Shown here: piece by piece, positions 51,401 through 63,234 of the stretch
Layout: every line of letters starts with the position of its first letter
Position numbering within the stretch: position 1 is the first letter of the stretch
NCBI RefSeq assembly: GCF_964204645.1
Contig: NC_134031.1
Span: 14,433,807-14,497,806, forward strand
DNA: 64,000 nucleotides
Source: Tubulanus polymorphus
Taxonomy: Eukaryota; Animalia; Nemertea
Direction: 5' to 3'
The notes under the pieces: generated by a model
Told to the model about the DNA's origin: nothing
The model's database searches: none
Seen by the model: only the letters and a program-made list of their open reading frames with translations
Translations under genes and position numbers: made by a program

Positions 51401-54400
51401 TAATTTCAACAATAATTTTTATTAGGGATTTTGATAGATAGCAAATTATTTATTTTCTATAAGCTACTCCACTGATGCTGCCAAATCCAACCAAAGTGAA
51501 AGAGATCGTAAAAGATATCGGTATTGTATAAACTTGTTTTCCTATGACTTCGAATCAATGACTTAAAATATTTAGACATCACCTATGAATTTATGTTAAT
51601 ACAGATACCATCGCAAAACCAACCGGTTCCTCAGAAACCCCGGCCGTAAAAACAACCTCTCAGCCAGGTCAGGAACAAGCCACACCGGCTACTGGGAACG
51701 GAGGCACCACAACGCCTACTGGGAACGGAGGTACCACAACGCCTACTGGGAACGGAGGTACCACAACGCCTACTGGGAACGGAGGTAACACAACGCCTAG
51801 TGGGAACGGAGGTACCACAACGCCTACTGGGAACGGAGGTACCACAAAAGTCCCTGGTCAGGCGAAACCTAGTCAGGTGAACCCAAGTCAGGTAAAACCA
51901 GGTAAGTTAAAAGTTAAATGATTCCAAGTGACAGAATTCACATTTTTTATGGAAACCATTTTTTCCAAATTACAGAAATCACGTCGCAGCTGATGTTCTT
52001 CATAGACAATTCACCAGAAACCAGTCCAGAAAAAGTGACCGAAATTATCAAAATCATCACGACTTTCATTCAAACTTATCGAATCGGACCGAAATTCGCA
52101 ACTGTTTACATTTTCTACGTCGTCGATAAAACTCCGAAAGTAATTAAAGTAACGCAGCAACAAAATATCGACTCGTATGTGAAAGAAATTAAAGCTATTC
52201 CTACAAAGAGTGACACACCAGATATTACATTCATACTGATGCGGTAAGAATATTGTCTGTAGTGAACGCGTTGCGAATGAATAGTTTGGATCCCAATTCG
52301 TGAAAACATTATTTTCATTTGACCCTTAAATCGAATCATTCAACATCTGATGTTGTAATTAGGGAATTCACAGAGGCGTCTATATCTCTTCAAACCACGT
52401 TTGTGTGGTTTTATTATCATTTTATTTTGACTTGTAGATACTTTGTGCAAACGTTCCTGTCTGAAGTGAAACTAGAACCGACGATACCAAAGATTATAAC
52501 TCTATACGGTTCCGTCGCTCCGAAATCTCCGAAAGCGCAAACCGAATTCAAAACCATCATCTTACAAATGAAAACCTTTTTCTCCGTATCGGTCGTTCCC
52601 GTCGCCAAGACGACGAATATCGATTTCCTGAAAACCGTCGTCGGGCAGACTTTCGTGGTTACCATGCCTACGACGTTCGACGTAAAACAGATAGTCGTTA
52701 AAATGACGAAGATTGTTCAGGAATTCACCGACGTTCAAAAAAGTAAAGATTTCCCAAAAATAAACAAAGGGTTTTCAATTCAATTTAAGTGTATATGTTT
52801 TTTATTTACTCAATATCATTCTGTCTTCTGCTTTTAAGAAACTCCACTGGTGCTACCAACTCCAGACAAAGTAAAAGCGATCATAAAAAACATAGGTATT
52901 TTATAAATCAGTAGATTTTCGAGGATTTATGGAGAAGTTGGCCGAGATTTGTTGGTCTATTTCTCATCACAAAACATGTCTTATAACAAAGAACGATGTT
53001 TCATTCTAGATGCTGTTGCAAAACCGATCAAACCTACAAGTTCTGAGGAAAAACCAGAGAAGGAGAAGCCAGAAAGTTCTGAGGAAAAATCTGGAAGTTC
53101 TGAGGAAAAACCAGAGAAGGCGAAGCCAGTCAAGGAAAAACCAAACAAGGAGAAGCCGGAAAGTTCTGAGGAAAAACCAGGGAAAGTGAAGCCAGAAAAG
53201 GGAAAACCTAACAAGGAGAAGCCGGAGAGTTCTGAGGAAAAACCTGGAAGTTCTGAGGAAAAACCAGGGGAAGAGAAGCCAGTCAAGGGAAAACCTAACA
53301 AGGAGAAGCCGGAAAGTTCCGAGGAAAAACCTGGAAGTTCTGAGGAAAAACCAGGGGAAGAGAAGCCAGTCAAGGGAAAACCTAACAAGGAGAAGCCAGA
53401 AAGTTCCGAGGAAAAACCTGGAAGTTCTGAGGAAAAACCAGGGGAAGAGAAGCCAGTCAAGGGAAAACCTAACAAGGAGAAGCCGGAAAGTTCTGAGGAA
53501 AAACCTGGAAGTTCTGAAGAAAAACCAGGGGAAGAGAAGCCAGTCAAGGGAAAACCTAACAAGGAGAAGCCAGAAAGTTCCGAGGAAAAACCTGGAAGTT
53601 CTGAGGAAAAACCAGAGAAGGAGAAGCCAGTCAAGGGAAAACCAAACAAGGAGAAGCCGGAAAGTTCTGAGGAAAAACCTGGAAGTTCTGAGAATAAACC
53701 AGAGAAGGAGAAGCCAGTCAAGGAAAAACCAAACAAGGAGAAGCCGGAAAGTTCTGAGGAAAAACCTGGAAGTTCTGAGGAAAAACCAGGGGAAGAGAAG
53801 CCAGTCAAGGGAAAACCTAACAAGGAGAAGCCAGAAAGTTCCGAGGAAAAACCTGGAAGTTCTGAGGATAAACCAGAGAAGGAGAAGCCAGTCAAGGAAA
53901 AACCAAACAAGGAGAAGCCGGAAAGTTCTGAGGAAAAACCTGGAAGTTCTGAGGAAAAACCAGAGGAGAAGCCAGTCAAGGGAAAACCAAACAAGGAGAA
54001 GCCGGAAAGTTCTGAGGAAAAACCTGGAAGTTCTGAGGAAAAGACAACACAAAGAAAACCTGGCCAAGTGAAGCCGGCAGGTCAACAGGGAATCAAAACA
54101 CCAGAAACTCCGGGTACATCAGCACAAACAAAACCAACCGCGCCTGAAGGTGAAACCAGTGATGTTCCGACTGAAACTGATAAAGGTAACAATAGAAGTG
54201 AAACGAATACGATCTCGTTGTATTCATCCTTGAGCTAAATCTTAAAACATAAAAACAATTCTGCGAACAAGATACACATATTGCAAAATTCGGTGCATTA
54301 TTTTCATCTGTTCACAGAGAAACGACCACACGACTTTTTCATTTTCCTCGACGGTTCAAATCGCGTCTCAAAACCGGCTTTCGAAACTTCTCGCACGTTC

Positions 54401-57400
54401 ATACTCGAGATCCTGAAGAGGTAAAAGTTCGTTCGTTCGTTCGTTCGTTCGTTCGTTCGTTCGTTCGTTCGTTCGTTCGTTCGTTCGTTCGTTCATTCAT
54501 TTTAAAATTTAAAATAGACTGGATCCAGTTCCATAGTTTTGAGTAACAGTGAACCCAGTTACTGTTCAACTCTTGTAAAATTTGATTCACAACTGTTGAA
54601 CTGGATCCAGTTGAACGATCACTCTTCTAACACAGTGATACAGACGAAACTTAAGTCTTAAGTCTAAGTCATGACTGTGCAACTTATCCCTGGGTTAACT
54701 GTTTGAGACTGTTTGTTGAATTACAGGTATGAAATCGGACCGTCACAGACGACTCTATCAATTGTTTTTATCGGAGGCAAAAAAGTCGTCGCTATTGACG
54801 TCGATGGTTCGAAACCGATTACCGAATACACCACACAGATAACACAACTACAATACAGTCCACAGGAACCAAATATCAAAACCGCCGTGGAGCTGATGAG
54901 CGTGGTAAGTGAGGAGAATCGAACCACCAGGTGTCGTCACAAACAATAAGTAAAATACATTCGAGCGAGAATGTGAGTGTGTGTGGTGTGAGGAATTTTA
55001 GGCTAGTACAGTTTGTCCGGGTTACCAAATCAAGATATTCTAACAAAATTTACCTATCAAATAAATAACAGGGGCAATCCCTATTTTAAGATCAGAAACC
55101 TCGGTCTCGTTTCTACGCGAATAGAACGTCTCACGTTAAACGGCTTGAAAATAGATAGTTCCCTCCCGTAGTGTATTGTCGATAGTATGTAAATGTATAT
55201 ATTAGGCCTATAGATAACTTTGTTATGTTTCAAATTGTTTTAATTTCTCTCCTGTCTCCTGTCTATATAGTTGTTAACAAATGATGAAACTATGATGTTA
55301 TGAACGTCAAATTTCGTATTTTGAACAACAATTTGTAACCCGGTGGAACATTGGTGGCGATTGTTACTTATAGAAGTGGACAATGTTAACCGATGAATAA
55401 TATCAGCATACCTGAGTTGAAAGTTCGAACCCCTATTTTACCGAATTTCGTGAAATTCACGGATTTTATATTTCTGCTGAAGAACTGTTTGCTTAATTTT
55501 TTTCATATAATTTCAGTTCATTCTAAACCAAAGAACAACAGGGGACATATTCACAAATCTACTCGTTATGGGTTCATTGCGAACCACAGTTACAAGCGAA
55601 ATCACGAAACTGAAAACGTTTTTCGCCAAAATATCACCCATCATGGCGATTGCGGTTATGGACGATGGAGCGACGACAAAAGATACTGATTTCCTGAAAA
55701 CTGTTTTAGTCCCATCAGCGACCGTACAGTACATCAACTTCATCGCTAACAAACCGGCCACCTATTATCTGAATCAGTACATTACTGTTACCACAAAAGT
55801 TTCCTTCAGCAGTGAGTCCAACAAAATCCAATTTAAAAATATCTTATTCATTAAATTAAGAATTGTCTTTTTAAACGAAATTTTCATAGAAAAATTTCAA
55901 ATCATTTTCCTTTCAATTTATTTCATATTGCCCTATTCCGAAATAAGAAAAAAACATCTTAAAATCGATCCTTCATATTTTCGAAGTAAACAAAATACAT
56001 CTGCATATGATTTATTGATAATGCGATGTTTTTTATTTTATTTATTAAAACCTAATACGTATATTTCTGTTCTCATTAGCAAACAGATGTTGATTCATAT
56101 TGCAGAAATGTCGATCCAAACTGTGAAAACCAGTCAACTTGCTGTATTCAAATCCTTCTATACTTTAAACGGTAATTTGTACTGATAATGTATCCTATAA
56201 TTCATCTTTGTAAAAATGTTGAAAATTTGACTAAAAATTTGAAAAAAAAGTTTGCTGTTTATTCGAATTCAACTCAGATCTATCAAACAGGGTTAAGTTG
56301 TTCAAAAGTTAGTTGGAGTTGAAACTGTCGATAGATGTCATGATAATGATGCAATTCTTATTGTCACTATGTCAAATATCCATCAGTTTCAACTCTAAGT
56401 TTTCAGCAACTGGCCCCGAATTGATGAAAATATCTTTTGCACAATTTGCTCATTAACGACATTAAAATGAGAAATGCTTTTTTGGATTTATCCACCAGCT
56501 ATAATCTCAACAACCCCCCAATCCTGAAATTTCAAATTTCAACTCATCCGATAAAGCATGGCTGTAATGAAACAACTAGATACACGTTTATGGTTCCATA
56601 AACAATTCGATTTTCAATTAAGGACTTAGATCATGAAATTCCACTTGGTGAATAGAAATGGCGGGTTTTTTCAAAGTTCCGAATCATATTTGATAATACA
56701 TATTTCTATATTTCAGATATAAGGGGTTTGATTCCTTCGCAGTTTTTAGGTAAATTTTCTCGCAGCGGATTTACATTTTTATTTATTCACTCTTTTCTAC
56801 AAATCGTTAATTCTTTCACAATTATTTTTTTTTCAGTGACGGATGCCGGACAAAAGAAAGGTAACAATTCACATTCTGGGACCTTTTCGTGCAAATGTAT
56901 TAAGATAACATTGATGTCTTTGAGTGAAAAATATGGAAATATATTCATATTCAAATCCTCATTCATAAGTATGGAACTGGTCCAGGACCCAGATGCACAG
57001 TCGTGACTTAAGTCCAAAGTTTTATTAAATTTTAAGTCTGATCTTGAGTTCTTAGATTGGCTATAGGACTAAGTTGGTGGTCTAAGCCATGACCATATGC
57101 AACCGGCCCCTGAAGACAAACATTTTTACGAATTTTCGCGAAGATTTTTGAATCTCATTTTGTTCACAGCTCCGACTGAGAAACTCGATATGATCTTCAT
57201 ACTGGACGCGTCTAAAGACACCCCTAAAGCTGAGTTCGATAAAACGAAAACTCTAATTCTGGAGATTGTTGATAAATTCCCGGTGGATTCCGATAGCGGA
57301 AGTCGGTTACACATTATCTACGGAGACGGACACTCGGTGAAACTGGTCGGAATTACGTCATCATCTAACCCAGTTCTTGTTAAACGTATGGCTAAAATCA

Positions 57401-60400
57401 TACTTGATAAGGTATACATATCATTTGTATAATATTTAGCTTTGGTCGTCGGAAATTTTCAAATAATAATCCAAAGATTTTCGAATTACTACCGTCTAGA
57501 TTTTTTTAAAAATTTCTCTGAACTTTGTCTGTACGGAAATCACTCGATTAAGTTGGATCTTTTTGGACAGGACAGAATATGTTCGCCTTAGGCGGGAAAC
57601 AGTAGACTCTACTTTCGTTTGACTTTTAAAGGAATAGAAATCAAACTCAAAGGTCCTGAACTATTTCGCCAAAGTCTGAGTTTTGTTACGGAATCGATTT
57701 GAGTCGTGTCCGTAGAATCAAAGTTCTAGGTATACAACAGACTCATGACCGATGGCGGGCTTCAAATTTTCTGTCTATTCTTCAATTCTCCTTCAATTTC
57801 TATCATATATATGTTTGACAGCCCATATAAGATGCCATCATCATATTCAACTCAAATTATTTGTATTTCTATGCAAATTAGATGATCTACCTAGGAGGAG
57901 ATGGACCAATCAACATCCCGTCGGTGATGCTTCTATTGACCAATGCACTTTCCAGTCCTAACTTCCTGCGAGCAACGACACCTAGAGTTGTAATGTTTAG
58001 CGGAAAATTCAACGTCAAAAAAGGCACCGAACCTGTGGTAAATATCTATCAGTTACAAAATTGGACTGGACCGTTTGCTCAAAAATTGGTTCAAGTCTGC
58101 TATAGTCCAAAATGGTCCATGACTATGGAACCAGTCCCCAGTGGATAGTTGATAGTGATATTTGAAACCTAATGGTTACCACTGATATACTGGACCAAGT
58201 TCCACAGTTGTGAGTTAAGACTTAATACCGAGTTAACTCATTGTAAATGAACTAAATATAACTCGGAGTTAACGCTAACTCATAACCACTGTGGAACATG
58301 GGACCTGACGGTTTACTCTAATCAATTATGGAGAAAGTGAGCTTTTGATTCATTCAATTTTAACTGAGAGAGCCGAATCTTGACCAACAACTGTGGAACT
58401 AGATCTAAAACCGTCATTTTAATACTAACATATCTCCCCAAATATCTACCCGTAAATAGCCCTACGCATATGCTGTTTTCGATTGGTCTCTACCAATTCT
58501 GGAATCTGGCGTGCTCATTTCGACCAGATTACAGTCTACCTATTCCGGAATAGTATTTATCTGTAAACCTGATAGAAGCGGCCGGTAGAGAGTTTGTAAT
58601 TTGTAAACCTGATAGGAGCGGCCGGTAGAGAGTTTGTAATCCGGAATTCCTACGTTCAATCGAAACTTGCCTAAATACGTGGTAATTAAATTCATTTTGC
58701 TTTCAAATTTTGATATTGATTTCAGATGAAGAAGATTTTCATGGATATGAAATCCATGTTTACATTCGTGTTTCTGGAGAAAGGCACTCAACTGGAAACG
58801 CAAGTGATAAAACAAATACATCCAGCCGGCTTGTTCGTGTTCTCGGGAACTTTACAAAGTGCCGCCTTCATGAAGTTCTTCATCTCGAAAATGACCACAA
58901 TCAAAACAAGTAAATAAATGAATTTAAAAAACCAAAGACACGGACAAGATCGAACCACTGAAGGGGAGGGAATTAGATGTGACTCGTTGCAGAAACAATC
59001 AATGAATTTTAACTCAACAGATCCATAAACTAGGCCTACAGCTATGAAACAGGGGCGACGTTGACTTAATTCCACAGTTGAGAATTGAGTTCACATTCGA
59101 AACATCAGAAATAAACTTATAATCTTAACCGTAGAATGAAACGTAAGCAAAAACTGTAAAACAGGGTCCGTCCTGGTGTTTACTATTGATTTCACATCTA
59201 GCCACCGACCGCTGCAGATCTGGGGCTCAAATACTGTTTAAAATCTACATCAGTTTTAATTCCCGTTGATTTAACTGTTCTATTCTATTGCTGTCTATTT
59301 CAGTTCATTACACAGTTATCTCCAAGACAGTCGTCAAATCATTGTCTGAAGTAATGACAGGTACAGTTATCTCTCAGTACGATCGCACGTGGATTCAATA
59401 AATATTGACTACAACCACTATGTCGCATGTTCCCTCGATAGCTCAGTTGGTAGAGCGGAGGACTGTAGAATGGTGACAAGTAGATATCCTTAGGTCGCTG
59501 GTTCAAATCCGGCTCGAGGGAAAGATATTTTATTGGTTTTTTTGTTTGAATTTTTTGGGAAATCAAAATGTCGCTTTCGGTAACTAATCGTAATTTCACT
59601 AAATTATTAAAGTCTTTGAGAATGAGATGTTCTTCTTAAGGTAACTAATCGTAATTTTACCATTTACCATTTGAAGCCATCGAGAATGGGAAAGTCGTCA
59701 TTAGTAATTAATCATAACATACTGAATCGTTGATTTCATTGAGAAACTAATCATAACTTTACTGAATCGTTGATTTCATTGAGAAACTAATCGTAATTTG
59801 ACTGAATCGTTGAAGTCATTGAGAAACAAATCGAAATTTTACTGAATCCTTGAAGTCATTGAGAATGGTAAAGTCGTCTTAAAAATCATAATTCTACTGA
59901 ATCGTTGAAGTCATTGAGAATGGGTAGGTCGTCATTTGCAACTAAAACACAATTGCTATATATATTTTTAGACGCCATGGAATCGTATACAACGATTCAA
60001 CACTCGAGCGGAACCGTTACGAGCTCAAATGCAAAATGTGCGGCAGGTTTTGTTTCCATTGGTTCCGGAAAATGTAAGAGTAAAACAGGAAGTAAGTGAT
60101 ACAAACAGGTCCCGGGGGATCAGTTTGAGGGGTAGATACAAAACGGGAGGGAGTGGGGTTTGCGCATCCCCTCCCCTAAAAATATCTAGTAGCCCTGAAT
60201 TTCACGGGTAAATGAAAAATATCAAATTCATACCTAGAAAAACGAAATCTACCAATCAAATCACTAACAGGGTCAATTCCTATTGTAAGATTAGATTAAA
60301 AGTTGCAGTTTTCAAATGCCATTGAAAAATTTCTGTTTCGGGAAAAAAGTAGCTAAAAGGGCACACAATTTGTGAGCAATAAAAGATAATTGCCTTTCTA

Positions 60401-61478
60401 TACTAGGCTTACAGCAAAATGTGAATGAAAATAGATTCCCGAAAATCAAAAAAGGCAATCTAAGGCACTCTCCTTTGCTCAAAAGGGCACTATTCTAAAA
60501 GAGATATTATTGCTACTCAATACGTTTAATCGGAAAATGGCAAATTTTTCCAAAAATCTAAAAAAGGCACACGCAAATTGAATGTGAAGGCAAATTAAGT
60601 GGCATGATACCAATAAATGGCACACAAATTTAGAGCAAATCTAGAATAAAGTCAGAGAATCTGCCTTGTTGACATCTTCTATCTCGATCAAGCGCTTGGA
60701 AAATGCATTAATATAACATGAAATTTCAAGACCCCAAGACCCCCTTTATATGCTACCACGTCGCTCGCTGGGCATGGATACTGGCCCTTTTCAAAGTTGG
60801 TGCCCTTTTTTTTCACTGTGCTGTAGTCATTGAATCGCCCTGGATCTGCGCCTGTTGCCATTCTTTCAGGATGCCCTTTTACATTATATGATATGACCTA
60901 TTTTGTAGATACACCCCTCTCTGTGTCAGACCCTAGATCCGTCCCTGTGTTGCCAGTCTTACCATTCTAACAATTTAAGAACGATCATCTAAGACAAATC
61001 TTTGACTCCGCCAGGGTTTTGAGTTCGATTCTGAATTACCAAATTTGTTTCAGAAATTTCATGCGCTCAGGGCATGCAATCACGACAGATAGTGAAAGGC
61101 AATTTAAGAATTCTGATGTGCTTCACTACCGGAACTCCGAAAGCAATGCAGGATAAACTATTGAATATGTTACTGGCTAGAATGTCGGCTGTTTCCAGTC
61201 AGACGTTCAGTAGCGGCTCGGCAGGGGGCGTCGTAGTGCAACGCCATTTCAGCAGCAGTAGAACGGTGACCAGTTCAGGCGGTATGATGAGTCACACAGG
61301 GGGCGGTATGATGTCTAGTCACAGCTTCGGAGGAAAGATATCGGGATCTAGTACCATGGGACATCTCGGGGCCAGCCACTCCTCACAGACGATCGTACGG
61401 GGAGGACTGTCATCGCATACATTCATGAGCCGCAGCAGTAGCATCAGCCACAGCAGCAGCAGTGGACGAAAAAAATAA
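42463..61478 (+). CDS. Large secreted multi-vWA-domain protein with low-complexity repeats (about 2015 aa, 30 coding exons)
   Basis: GT-AG exons, all phase-consistent, total 6048 nt: 42463-42520 (signal peptide MNLLSVVVVAVSILAGFAS), 43140-43337, 44110-44283, 45063-45326, 45735-45755, 46087-46104, 46775-47110, 47952-48224, 48696-48764, 48857-48877, 50142-50409, 51039-51343, 51464-51520, 51605-51901, 51976-52243, 52438-52742, 52839-52895, 53010-54185, 54318-54420, 54727-54904, 55517-55811, 56106-56171, 56717-56749, 56837-56860, 57170-57411, 57882-58037, 58726-58909, 59304-59360, 59972-60091, 61054-61478. Six vWA-type starts: LDIVVIIADN, FDMLIFLDRS, QLMFFIDNS (twice), HDFFIFLDGS, LDMIFILDAS. AATAAA at 61551. 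The microexons are the least certain part. Confidence 0.82.
42740..42835 (-). mobile_element. tRNA-derived SINE head
   Basis: Minus strand reads GCGCACCCGGTCTAGTGTTACAGGGT...GGTTCGAATCCCTGC...GAGGATG (A and B boxes). Homolog at 42981-43062. Confidence 0.6.
42981..43062 (+). mobile_element. tRNA-derived SINE head (same family as 42740-42835, opposite orientation)
   Basis: GCGCACCTGATCTTGTGTGGCAGGGT...GTTCGAATCCCTGC...GAGGATG. Confidence 0.6.
51691..51846 (+). repeat. 27-bp coding repeat (TGNGGTTTP), about 6 units, in the vWA gene
   Basis: ACTGGGAACGGAGGTACCACAACGCCT tandem units inside exon 51605-51901. Confidence 0.92.
53010..54185 (+). CDS. Repeat exon of the vWA gene: Lys/Glu/Pro/Ser polyampholyte with an 87-bp (29-aa) unit, about 11 copies
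   Basis: ORF 52949-54238, acceptor at 53008-53009, donor at 54186. Unit EEKPVKGKPNKEKPESSEEKPGSSEEKPG. Confidence 0.88.
54427..54494. repeat. (GTTC)n microsatellite just after a splice donor
   Basis: About 17 perfect copies. Confidence 0.95.
54521..54608. mobile_element. Short palindromic MITE family (GGATCCAGTTCCACAGTT termini), representative copy
   Basis: GGATCCAGTTCCATAGTT ... AACTGTTGAACTGGATCC. Related copies near 650-695, 32745-32850, 56980-57110, 58190-58285, 58385-58405 and 61590-61770. Confidence 0.65.
59432..59521 (+). tRNA. trnY-GTA: tRNA-Tyr(GTA) with a 17-nt intron (59469-59485)
   Basis: CCCTCGATAGCTCAGTTGGTAGAGCGGAGGACTGTAG[intron]ATCCTTAGGTCGCTGGTTCAAATCCGGCTCGAGGGA. Canonical eukaryotic tRNA-Tyr, 73 nt after splicing, with a paired acceptor stem and downstream T-run terminator. 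Confidence 0.97.
59715..59925. repeat. About 40-bp minisatellite (ACTGAATCGTTGA..TCATTGAGAAACTAATC..)
   Basis: About 5 units; degenerate copies start near 59575. Confidence 0.85.
60127..60947 (+). mobile_element. Composite non-autonomous TIR-type element(s) containing copy 2 of the 7-kb repeat
   Basis: 60354-60812 is homologous to 7071-7562. Inner right terminus CTGGATCTGCGCCTG (60840-60854); outer right terminus TAGATCCGTCCCTG (to 60947). Confidence 0.7.
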
Positions 61479-63234
61479 TTCGAAGTAATTTGACATTTCT
61501 AAGAAACTGTAACCATAAGTAGCATTATGTCATTTAAACAATAATTGATGAATAAATCGATGACTTTAATCAAGCATGACATTCAGAATCCTGTTCCACA
61601 GTTATGAGTTAGAGTAAACTCTGAACTCAGGATCCAGTTCAACAGTTGTGAGTTATAGTTAACTCTGAAATCAGGATCCAGTTCCACAGTTGTAATTTTC
61701 AGATGACCCTCTGAGTAAAAATGTGTTCATTTTCAATGAGTAACTCTTGAGGGTCAACTCATAACTGTCCTTGACAATAGCTTAAATTGCTATCGCTTTT
61801 TCTGGTATCAGCTCCACGAGTCATCGAAATTAAACCCCAGCTTTGTATTCATCAGATATTCTGTTCTTATCAATTGTATTCGTTTCGAAAATTTTTACAG
61901 GTTGAAAATGAAACCAACGATAATCAAGATCTATCGCTTTAGATGAATTAAATCAGTCGAGTCTTCAATTTAAAAAAAACGTCTCGCTTTCAAATGTCAA
62001 TAATCAATTCAATTCGAAAATAAAGCTTTGCACGCAGTATATATATACGCATCTATATTCATAGTCCCGTTGAGTCGTAGATGCTCAGCTTTTTTATGTC
62101 ACTTATAGTTCCGTTCAGTAGGACTCATACACTACTCATTGTAGGCAAACTTGGTACCAACTGCAGCATCCCATGACGAAGAAATCAATATTCATTAGAG
62201 CTGTACCGTCGATGTCACTCGACTATACTTTGAATACCAGAATCATACCCTCATCTGGATAATTTGCGTTTTGAAATGTGCTTTCCTTTCACCTAATCAA
62301 CATGCGGGACAATCAACTTACACGACATCTACATCAACATCTACCCGAGAAAAAAAATTATCATAAATTTTAATCGGACTACTTACACGTGGAAAACGAT
62401 TTAAAAAAATAAGAATATAGAAAACATCTTCAACCTTGCGATATAGTTATTTCCAAAATCTCGATATATACAATTAGGCAGCCGACAAAATGAACCCCAA
62501 TCAGTCGCTTTCCGGTTACGGCTGGTTGCTCGATTGTTTGACTGAACCGGGAACGAAAATTTGATTATGTACTTCGATTAAAACAAGAAATTCTGTAATC
62601 TTGACCGCCGATCACACAACTATATCCGTACTTCAATTTCTGATTTCAAAATCAAACCCCCTGTTTCGCTCCCGGCAGGTGCGGAAGGTTTGTAAGGGAC
62701 ACTGACTCAAAACAAAAATCAAACGAAATCTACCGATCGAATAACCACGTCAATCCCTGTATCAAATTTCTAAAAAAGTTTTTAAGAAAACATTGAAAAA
62801 ACATTGTAATCAGTCGAAACTTTCAAATCTCCAAATACTCCGTTTGCTCCGTTAACAATAACTCACTGGCTCTCAATCTCATCTGCGACGTTCAGTGGTC
62901 ATCTCTTTAGTCAGTTTTCGTTTTTGACGCGTATCAACTCTGACTGAAGAGGTGATGAGCTGCGAGAAGGGAGTGGTTATGAGAGGAAATTTTAAAGCCC
63001 TTACAAGGAGGAACCGTGTCGCTGCCGTTCTGGTAAATTATAGCGAAACTTTAATTGGTCTTGGCGTCATGTGATGGAGGCTACAGTGGAACGGTATATA
63101 CGAATCATGTTCAAACAATTATTTCCACTGAAATTGACAAGCGAACATTTTTTCATTCTCCGGTAGAATTATAATTCGAATCACATTGACTAATCTGCGC
63201 TCGTATTGTAGGTGTCACATAAAACGCGAGCAAT

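Noticed and set aside
52981-54085. Two long antisense ORFs (337 and 359 aa, Phe/Leu/Ser/Trp-rich)
   Set aside because: They are shadows of the purine-rich coding repeat on the plus strand, which has proper splice sites and joins the vWA gene.
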